A stretch of 64,000 nt of DNA from the NCBI GenBank assembly GCA_965223505.1, contig CBDCWP010000004.1, forward strand, positions 1-64,000, written 5' to 3'. How positions within the stretch are numbered: the first letter of the stretch is position 1; each line of letters begins with the position of its first letter. Below the pieces are notes generated by a model that was not told where the DNA came from, did not search any database, and was given only the letters and a program-made list of their open reading frames with translations. Source of the DNA: Planctomycetota bacterium (GTDB lineage: Bacteria > Planctomycetota > PLA2 > JAEUHO01). Shown here in pieces: positions 47,366 to 54,763 of the stretch. The position numbers and the translations under genes are program-made.

Positions 47366-49494
47366 GGCATCCGGGCTCGCAGGGTGTGAATCTCACCGAA
47401 CACGGGCCTGAGATCCGGCGCCAATCCGAGCTGAAGCCGTCTCACCGCGCGCTCGAGGTGTGGCCCGCCGTCGGCGTCGAGCTCGGGCCACCGCAGACGC
47501 AGGGTGTTGATGCCCGATCGCACGGTCGTCGCCGGCGCCAGCACGGTCGCGCGGCTCCATTGCGCACCTGTGGTGATCCGGCCCACCTCCGTGCCGTTCA
47601 GCACGAGGGCCGACGTGCGATCGTCCTCGTCGTCGCGGGGGGCACGGAGCGTGAGCGCGAGCTCCACGGCGCGAGGCTCGACGACCAGAAAGTGGAACGT
47701 GGACTCCGGCGTCAGCGCGCGCTCGTAGGAACGCGACGTCGGATATGCGGCGAACGGCGACCCGCGGAAGTACCCGCGCGCGAGATCCTGCTCGCCGCGC
47801 TCGAGTCCGCGGGCGTCGGCCAGCAGCAGTTCGAGCCGCTCGCCGGCGCCCGGTCGCCGGCGCTCGAGGACGGCGATGACCGCGCGGACCACGGGCACGT
47901 CGAGCACGTCGTAGTCCTGCCAGCGCCAGATCCGCGCCGGCATACGGTACGGCGATTCGAACACGCGTTGCTGCGCCGACGAGAGCAGTGGGGGGGCGCA
48001 GGCCGCCTTTGCCGCGACGTAGTCCGCCAGCACCTCCTCGATGCCTTCCGAGCTGTCGAGTGCCTGCTCGATCCAGTACTCGGTGCCGGCGGCGCCGTCG
48101 GTCAGCGGACGCTGAATGTGGGCGGTGTGCAGCGCGGCCAACATCGCGCCGCGGGCCTCGACCGTGTCCGCCGGACTCGGCGGCGGCGATGCACTCGCGA
48201 CCGTTCGCCAGTCCAGCGCCTGGAAGCGAGCGGGATGGCTGACTGCCAACACCTCGGCCACGACCGCGGCCATCGCGACGTGCATGCCCTCGGGCGTCAG
48301 ATGACAATAGTCGAGGAACAACCTGCGACCGGGCAGCGGCGATGCGGCATGGTCTGCGAACACGGCCGGAAGGTCGACACACAACAGGTCGTGCGCTTGC
48401 GCCGCGTCACGGATCGCTTGCCGGACCACCGGACTCGCACCGGGCGCCGATGCGCGTCCGAGCCAGCGCGACGCCTCGAGTCCGGCGAGCAGCGCGTCGC
48501 GCGCCGCCTCCGTCCGACCGATGCGAAGCAGTGTCGTACCGAGTGCCTGATGGGACGTGGCGCACGTTCCGTCGTCCAGGGCAAGCATCGCGCGGGCGGC
48601 GTTCTCCGCTGCCGCGAGATCGTCGTTCGCCAGCGCGTCGAGAACCTCTTGCTTGTGCGCGAGCCAGCGGCGATTCCGGTCGCCCGGCAACCACGACGGC
48701 GGGAGATCGTGCTCCCAATCCGTCAGGTTCGTCTCCGGCACGACCAACGCCATCGTGACTCCGGAGCGGTCCGCGATCGCGGCGAGCTCGGCGCACACGG
48801 CCTCCGCCTTCGACTTCAGGTGGTTCGTTGCGAGGCGCTGAAGGCCAGCCGGCCCTTCGGCGTCCAGCGCCGCCGCGTGTTCGTGCAGGAGCTCGAGCGA
48901 GAGGACGTCGGCGAACGCGGGCGCGTCCGGCGCCGCGGCGAGCCAGTTGTTGCCGGCGAACACGACGATCACGTCCGGAAGCAGCTGCAACGCGGTCCGC
49001 GAGACCTCCAGGACGCCCTCGTCCGTCTGATCGACCCGGCACAGGTCGATGACCTCGAACAGGTCCGCGCCCGCCGTTGCGTCCAGCTGGCCCTGCAGCA
49101 CCTGCGCGGGCGTCAGATCCGGCGCGTACAAGAACCCCGCCGCCGTCGACTCGCCGACGAGGCAGACCCGAATCGGCAGGAACGCGTCTTTGGGTCGCAG
49201 CGTCTTGGTGAGCGCCCAGTCGTCCTCGAGCTCGAGAGGATCGGGGCGAACGAAGACCAGCTCGCCGTCGACCTCCTGGGGCTCCCAGATCCCGATGGCC
49301 TCCGGGCGGTCGGCGTCCGGATCGTCTTCGTCGGAGTACGGCTCGTCGAGCCCGGCCGGCTCGACGGCGCGCGGGACGCCGACCATGCCGGTCTGTTGCA
49401 GCAGACGCAGCGTGCGCAGTCCTTCCTCCGTTGCCAAGAGCTGCGCGAGCTCTTCGCAGGCGGCCAACGGAGGTTGTCGTCGGTCTCGGGACAT
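47362..49494 (-). CDS. SGNH/GDSL-type hydrolase with TPR-like helical insertion
   Basis: Block I VCLVGESTAAG, block III VFAGNN, block V FLDYCH. C-terminal part of ORF 47362..51036, ATG at 49494. Confidence 0.72.
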   Translation of the reverse strand: MSRDRRQPPLAACEELAQLLATEEGLRTLRLLQQTGMVGVPRAVEPAGLDEPYSDEDDPDADRPEAIGIWEPQEVDGELVFVRPDPLELEDDWALTKTLRPKDAFLPIRVCLVGESTAAGFLYAPDLTPAQVLQGQLDATAGADLFEVIDLCRVDQTDEGVLEVSRTALQLLPDVIVVFAGNNWLAAAPDAPAFADVLSLELLHEHAAALDAEGPAGLQRLATNHLKSKAEAVCAELAAIADRSGVTMALVVPETNLTDWEHDLPPSWLPGDRNRRWLAHKQEVLDALANDDLAAAENAARAMLALDDGTCATSHQALGTTLLRIGRTEAARDALLAGLEASRWLGRASAPGASPVVRQAIRDAAQAHDLLCVDLPAVFADHAASPLPGRRLFLDYCHLTPEGMHVAMAAVVAEVLAVSHPARFQALDWRTVASASPPPSPADTVEARGAMLAALHTAHIQRPLTDGAAGTEYWIEQALDSSEGIEEVLADYVAAKAACAPPLLSSAQQRVFESPYRMPARIWRWQDYDVLDVPVVRAVIAVLERRRPGAGERLELLLADARGLERGEQDLARGYFRGSPFAAYPTSRSYERALTPESTFHFLVVEPRAVELALTLRAPRDDEDDRTSALVLNGTEVGRITTGAQWSRATVLAPATTVRSGINTLRLRWPELDADGGPHLERAVRRLQLGLAPDLRPVFGEIHTLRARMP

Positions 49495-49502
49495 GTCGCT
49501 CG

Positions 49503-51266
49503 TCAAATGAAGGTGTAGACCGTCTCGCTGATTCGCCCGCGGCGGTCGGAAGCCCGTAGCCGGCGATGGTATTCCAGTGTGTGTGTCCACGACGAGGGCA
49601 GCATCTCCCGGTCGATGACGAAGTCCTCTAGGACCAGCGCGTCCAGGCGTGCGTCGACGGCGCACAGCAGGGCTTCGGCCGGCGTGCGCACGATCGGCTC
49701 GCCGCGGACGTTGAACGACGTGTTCACCAACACGGGGCAGCCCGTCAGTTCTTCGAACGCCGAAAGCAGCGCGGCGAACCTGGGCGCGACCGATGGATCC
49801 ACCGTCTGGGGGCGCGCCGATCCGTCGACGTGCGTGATCGCCGGCAGGTCGAGCTTCGAGTCGACCCGGCACGTCTCCAACATGAACGGAGACGGGTGAT
49901 CGAGCGCGAAGTGTTCGGCGGTGCGATCGGCGAGCACCGCCGGCGCGAACGGCCGGAACCCCTCCCGTTTCTTGATCCGCTCGTTCAGGCGGCTCTGCAT
50001 CTGCGGGTCGCGTGGGTCCGCGAGGATGCAGCGCGCGCCGAGCGCGCGGGGGCCGAACTCCATTCGGCCCTGGAACCAACCTACGACCTGTCCGGCCGCG
50101 AGTCGTCGCGCGACGTCGGCGACGAGCTGTCCTTCGTCGTGCCGGAACGCGGCTGCCTCGATCCCGACGCCCTCCAGCAGCCGCGCGACGTCGTCGCGCG
50201 CGAACGACGGACCGAGGCAGACGTCCTCCAGTCGCCGAGTGTCCGGTCGATGCCCCGTGAGTCGCACATGCGCCAGCGCGGCGGCGCCGAGCGCGCCGCC
50301 CGCATCGCCCGCGGCCGGCTGGACGAACACGTTGCCGAACGGGCCCTCCCGCGCGATGCGACCGTTTGCGACGCAGTTGAGCGCCACGCCGCCGGCCATG
50401 CAGAGGTTGTCCGAGGCGACGAGCCCGGCGAGACGGGAGACGGCGTCGAGCAGGATGTCTTCGAGCACGACCTGCAGACTGCGAGCGATGTCCTTGTGTC
50501 GTTGGCGCAGTGGCTCGTCGGGCCGTCGTGCCGGCCCGCCGAGCAGGTCGCAGAGCGCGTCGGTGTACATGCGATCTGCGCGACGAAATTCGAAGTACGA
50601 GAGGTCGAGCGCGTAGTGTCCGGCGCCGTCCGGCGTGCTCAGCGCGCGAATCGCATCGACGCAGGTCGGTCGCCCGTAGGGAGCGAGTCCCATCACCTTG
50701 TACTCGCCACTGTTGACAGCGAACCCGAGGTATCCGGTGATCGTGCTGTACAGCAGGCCCAGCGAGTGGGGGAAACGCACCTCGTCGAGCAACTCGATCT
50801 CGGCGCCCTGAGCGCGTCCGTAGGTCGTCGTCGCCCACTCGCCGACGCCGTCGACCGTCAGCACCGCCGCGTCGTCGAACCCGGAGAAGAAGTACGCGCT
50901 CGCCGCGTGCGACATGTGATGCTCGAAGGACTCGATCCGTCCCTCGTGGCCGAGGAGCTCGCGAATGTCCCGTTCCGGCCGTCCCGGGTCGATCCAGCGA
51001 AGATCCTGCGCTCCGCCGAGCGGACAGCCTGCCCAAATCTGTCTAGCCAGCTTGAGCGGCGGCGACTCGTAGTATGCGACACAGTCCACGTCGTCGATGT
51101 CGATCGCCCCCTCGTCCAGGCAGAATCGGAATGCATCCACGGGAAGCCGCCCGTCGTGCTTGATGCGCGAGAAGCGCTCCTGGGCGGCGGCGGCGACGAG
51201 CACGCCGTCCGAGATCAGGCAGCATGCGGACTCGTGGAAGTACATGGAGAGACCGATGATGTTCAC
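49503..51266 (-). CDS. O-carbamoyltransferase (NodU/CmcH/TobZ family)
   Basis: HESACC, QERFSRIKHD, HHMSHAAS, DGVGE, EYKVMGLAPYG, GGVALNC, FGPRALG, KKREGFRPFAP, HVDGSARPQ, NTSFN. Confidence 0.96.
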   Translation of the reverse strand: MNIIGLSMYFHESACCLISDGVLVAAAAQERFSRIKHDGRLPVDAFRFCLDEGAIDIDDVDCVAYYESPPLKLARQIWAGCPLGGAQDLRWIDPGRPERDIRELLGHEGRIESFEHHMSHAASAYFFSGFDDAAVLTVDGVGEWATTTYGRAQGAEIELLDEVRFPHSLGLLYSTITGYLGFAVNSGEYKVMGLAPYGRPTCVDAIRALSTPDGAGHYALDLSYFEFRRADRMYTDALCDLLGGPARRPDEPLRQRHKDIARSLQVVLEDILLDAVSRLAGLVASDNLCMAGGVALNCVANGRIAREGPFGNVFVQPAAGDAGGALGAAALAHVRLTGHRPDTRRLEDVCLGPSFARDDVARLLEGVGIEAAAFRHDEGQLVADVARRLAAGQVVGWFQGRMEFGPRALGARCILADPRDPQMQSRLNERIKKREGFRPFAPAVLADRTAEHFALDHPSPFMLETCRVDSKLDLPAITHVDGSARPQTVDPSVAPRFAALLSAFEELTGCPVLVNTSFNVRGEPIVRTPAEALLCAVDARLDALVLEDFVIDREMLPSSWTHTLEYHRRLRASDRRGRISETVYTFI

Positions 51267-52723
51267 GCCGACCTCCGCGGGCCGGGCAGACGCGGCCCGT
51301 CGTCGTGAAGCGCGGCGACGATCGAACGATAGCGCTCGCGATACGCATCCGGACGACGCAACGGATGCACGTACTCGAACAGCGGCTTGTTGAACTCGAA
51401 CGCGAAGGCACGGGGATTCGCATTCCACATGCGCGAGCGTCCGAAGCAGAGCGCCGTCGTCGACATCCGGCAGGTCAACATGGCCAGGAGGTCCGTCGCC
51501 CAGCACTCGTAGACGGCGAGGAACTCCTTCGGCGGATCGGGTGACGCGACGCGCACGAACGAGCAATGCTCCGGTCGGTAGGCGAAGGCGAGCGGCTGCT
51601 CGCCGTCACGAAGCGACAAGGCGAAGGTCGGGATCCGTCCCGCCGCGTCCGGCACGGACAGGCCGCAGATGGCGCGGTGAAGCGAACCACCGTGCAGGCT
51701 GCGCGCCAGCCCGGCCAACGCAGCTTCGAGCGCCGGGACGTGCGAACGCTCCAGCACCTCGCGACCGGAGGCCGGGCGGTAGTCCTCCAACCAAGCGACG
51801 TCGCCGCGATGCTCCCGCGCCGGCCACGCGGCCCTCGGCGCGACGCGCACGAACGGCGAGCTCGGTCGGACCTCGGCGACCTCGCCGTTCTTCAGAATCA
51901 ACGTTTCACCGGGGACCGACGGGCGAACCGTGACGCCCGGGAGCTGCAGCGCCAGCGCGCGCGCGGCCTCGTCGTTGGTCCAGGGGAAGACCTCGTGATT
52001 GAGGAACGCTTGCTCCCCCCGGAAGCAGAAGCTCTCGCCGGTGACCAGCAGCTGCTCGGGCGCGGTCCACTCATGCGCCATCGCGGTGTGGTAGTCGACG
52101 ATCGATCCCACGAAGCTGGACAGGCTGAAACGGTCCGGACGCGCCCACCGGGCCTGGAAGTGCCAGTCCGTGTTGTTGTTGGTGTACACCCAGAGCCCCG
52201 GTCGCTCGACGAAGGAGCGTGCGCTGCGCCACATCGAAGGCGTCGGCGCCATGTCGATGTGCGTGAAGAGGTTGCCGTGTCCGTCGCGATCGCGAACCAC
52301 GAACGGCAGCACGTCCCACTCCTCGACGATGCCGTTCTCCACCTGGTCCGCGGTCATCGGAAGCACGCTCAGATCCGCGCCGATCTCGACGGGACGTCCC
52401 GGTCTCGTGAGCCGAACGGAGAAGCCCATGTCGGTCAGAATCTCGCGCATCGCCGGGGACGAGCGGGACGGCATCAAGATCGGCGTGCTGCGATCCACCA
52501 TGTCGATCGACGCGAGGTCGAAGTGGTCCTCGTGCTCGTGCGTGAGCAGCACGGCGTCAAGAGGCGGCGCAGCATCGAAGTCGAATCGCCGCGGCGGATG
52601 TACGGCGAGTCCTACGGCTTCGGTCGCGGCGAACGTGTCGCGCAGCAACGGGTCGACGAGCAGGGTGGAGGATGCCGTCGACACGACCCATCCGTTGTGT
52701 CCGACGTGGGTGACGGAAAACAT
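51263..52723 (-). CDS. MBL-fold metalloenzyme paralog 2
   Basis: VGHNGW, LVDPLL, THEHEDHFD (HxHxDH), EEWD, ECWATDLL, YVHPLR. Confidence 0.82.
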   Translation of the reverse strand: MFSVTHVGHNGWVVSTASSTLLVDPLLRDTFAATEAVGLAVHPPRRFDFDAAPPLDAVLLTHEHEDHFDLASIDMVDRSTPILMPSRSSPAMREILTDMGFSVRLTRPGRPVEIGADLSVLPMTADQVENGIVEEWDVLPFVVRDRDGHGNLFTHIDMAPTPSMWRSARSFVERPGLWVYTNNNTDWHFQARWARPDRFSLSSFVGSIVDYHTAMAHEWTAPEQLLVTGESFCFRGEQAFLNHEVFPWTNDEAARALALQLPGVTVRPSVPGETLILKNGEVAEVRPSSPFVRVAPRAAWPAREHRGDVAWLEDYRPASGREVLERSHVPALEAALAGLARSLHGGSLHRAICGLSVPDAAGRIPTFALSLRDGEQPLAFAYRPEHCSFVRVASPDPPKEFLAVYECWATDLLAMLTCRMSTTALCFGRSRMWNANPRAFAFEFNKPLFEYVHPLRRPDAYRERYRSIVAALHDDGPRLPGPRRSA

Positions 52724-52727
52724 GACG

Positions 52728-53933
52728 TCAAAGCGCCTTCCGATAGCGCTCGGCGAAACGCTCGGGGAACCGATGCGGGTGGATGTGTGCTTCCAAGGCG
52801 CTCGCGAGCTCGAATGTGAACCGTGGATGCGCGACGGAGGTGCTCTGCGAGCCGGTCCGCGTCAGCGTCTCCGGCAGGATCTCGGCACGCAACGTCATCA
52901 ACAAGTCCGTTGCCCAGCACTCGAAAACGGCGACGTAGTCGTCGATCGTTCGACTGTCGTGAAGCAGCCGGAACGCGCATGCGTGCGGCGCGTACTCGAA
53001 CACGTGCCCTTCGCGATCCGTACTTCGCAAGAAGAGTGCAACCGTTGGACGCTTGCCCGGATGCTCCTGGGGCGAGAGCGAGTAGAGCTCGCGAAACAAA
53101 CGCTTGCCGTACAGGTGTCTTGCCAATGTGTTCAGCTCAGCGCGAAGCTCCGCGATCTCTCCGTCCGAGAGCGCGCCGCGTCCGCACAGCGGACCGTTCT
53201 CCAGCGTGTCTTCGATGGGTTCCCGGGCGTCCACATAGGCGTCATCGCTCTCGTGTTCGACGACCGTTCCACGGCGGACGCCGAAGCGCTGCCCCGGAGC
53301 CCACGCGCGCACGTCGTCTTGCGGCAGGAGCTGCGCGAGAACGCCGGCTTGTGCCTGCGCGCCCGTCGCCGGTCCATCGGCGATCAACAGGCCCGCCGGG
53401 CGTGCCCACTGCCGGCTCATGCGCCGGTGCGCCCCGGCCAGCGCCAGGATGCCTTCATGCGCCGGCGCCGGGTACACCACCAACCCGGGGACGTCGAGTG
53501 CGGCGCTCGCCGCCGCGCACTCCACGGATGAGGGCGCTCCGTCGATCGGCATGAAGAGACTGCCCTCCGCGTCGGCGTCGCGAACGACGCACCCGAGCGC
53601 ACCCCACGCTCGGCCGGCGTCGGCGATGTCCGCCACCGTGTCGACGCGCAGCGTTCCGATGTCCAGCGTCTCTCCACCGTGCACACGCTGCGTCGCGAAG
53701 CCCAGCTCCTCGATGACGACGACCATTGCGGTGGACGCATGCGCGGACACGTAGATCGGGACGCTGCGATCCAGCCCCGCGAGCGACGTAGGATCGAACG
53801 CTCGTTCGCGTGGCAGAAACACGGCGTCAGGCGCGTGTCCGCGGTCCACTCGGAACGCGTCACCGATGATCAGGTGCCCGCGACGCCCGCGCACCGACCA
53901 GGTGCGACTGCCCAGGTACGTGGCCGTGAACAT
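52728..53933 (-). CDS. MBL-fold paralog 3, metal ligands lost (pseudo-enzyme or scaffold)
   Basis: Homologous to paralogs 1 and 2 (LDRSVPIY, LARHLYG, VFECWATDLL, HPHRFPERF), but the HxHxDH position reads PRERAFD. Confidence 0.75.
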   Translation of the reverse strand: MFTATYLGSRTWSVRGRRGHLIIGDAFRVDRGHAPDAVFLPRERAFDPTSLAGLDRSVPIYVSAHASTAMVVVIEELGFATQRVHGGETLDIGTLRVDTVADIADAGRAWGALGCVVRDADAEGSLFMPIDGAPSSVECAAASAALDVPGLVVYPAPAHEGILALAGAHRRMSRQWARPAGLLIADGPATGAQAQAGVLAQLLPQDDVRAWAPGQRFGVRRGTVVEHESDDAYVDAREPIEDTLENGPLCGRGALSDGEIAELRAELNTLARHLYGKRLFRELYSLSPQEHPGKRPTVALFLRSTDREGHVFEYAPHACAFRLLHDSRTIDDYVAVFECWATDLLMTLRAEILPETLTRTGSQSTSVAHPRFTFELASALEAHIHPHRFPERFAERYRKAL

Positions 53934-53963
53934 CGACGCCCCGTCCTTGCCGGCAAGACCTTG

Positions 53964-54206
53964 CTAGGAGGAGACGTTGTCGTTGGTGTTGCCGTTGTTG
54001 AGTCGGTTCTGCACGGCCCACAACGCGTTGACGGCAGGTGTGTTCTTCTGACCGATGGCCCAGAGGGCGTTCAGGGCCGTGTTGGTGCCCCCGATGGCGT
54101 TGCTGGCGCTGGGGTGTCGCATCCCCCCGCGCATCTCCCGCAACTCTTTCTTGGGGATCGTCCGGGTCTTGCCCGTCAACTGGACGCGCCGTGCTCGCTT
54201 CTTCAT
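53964..54206 (-). CDS. RiPP/bacteriocin precursor A with double-glycine leader (80 aa)
   Basis: Leader ends IPKKELREMRGG. The 52-aa core has two NALWA repeats and 11 Asn. GAGAGG RBS. Confidence 0.85.
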   Translation of the reverse strand: MKKRARRVQLTGKTRTIPKKELREMRGGMRHPSASNAIGGTNTALNALWAIGQKNTPAVNALWAVQNRLNNGNTNDNVSS

Positions 54207-54402
54207 GGCAACCTCTCAGGTTATCGACCCCTGCGCATCGTAGCACTTCTGCGCGGCGCCATGCAAGGCCACCAGCGCATGGCGACCCCCGCCATATGTT
54301 CACGATTATCGACATCGGCTGTACGGCGCAGATACAAGCCGTATCGACGCCGAATCCGTCCCGCCGGCCACTCGCGGGCCGACGGGACGGTGGTTTGCGC
54401 TT

Positions 54403-54608
54403 CTAGAAAACCTGGTTCGCGAAATGCACCGCGTCCTGCACGCCGTTGCTTGCGGGGTTGATGAAGACGGAGTAGATGTCGCCTTCGGAGGCGGGAAGAG
54501 GGCGCTCGGCCAACCCGAAGTAACCACGGCAACGCCGGCGGCGTTGTCACTGAGGCCCCCGCGGGTCAAACGCATGTCCTTCTTGGAAAGCTGCTTCGTG
54601 AAGTCCAT
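54403..54608 (-). CDS. RiPP/bacteriocin precursor B with double-glycine leader, apparently frameshifted (predicted 68 aa)
   Basis: Leader MDFTKQLSKKDMRLTRGG. GC3-rich codons switch frame near 54493-54495 and end at TAG 54403-54405. The uncorrected ORF runs to 54306. Confidence 0.65.
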
Positions 54609-54763
54609 CCTCGTCAAGTGGTTTCAACCAGCCGAGCGGGATGCTCGACCGGGGGTGGGAGTCTAGCAGGCCACCGTTGAAGCCCTTTGCGGCGAAGCGT
54701 CCGAATCGAAGACCAAGACGACGTTCACTCTGCGCGACACTCTCCGTTCACTCAGCGCGGCCG

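Noticed and set aside
49495..51036. 1224-aa ORF 47362..51036 as one giant protein
   Set aside because: Its first ~510 aa overlap the carbamoyltransferase in another frame and are Arg-rich noise. The plausible start is ATG 49494.
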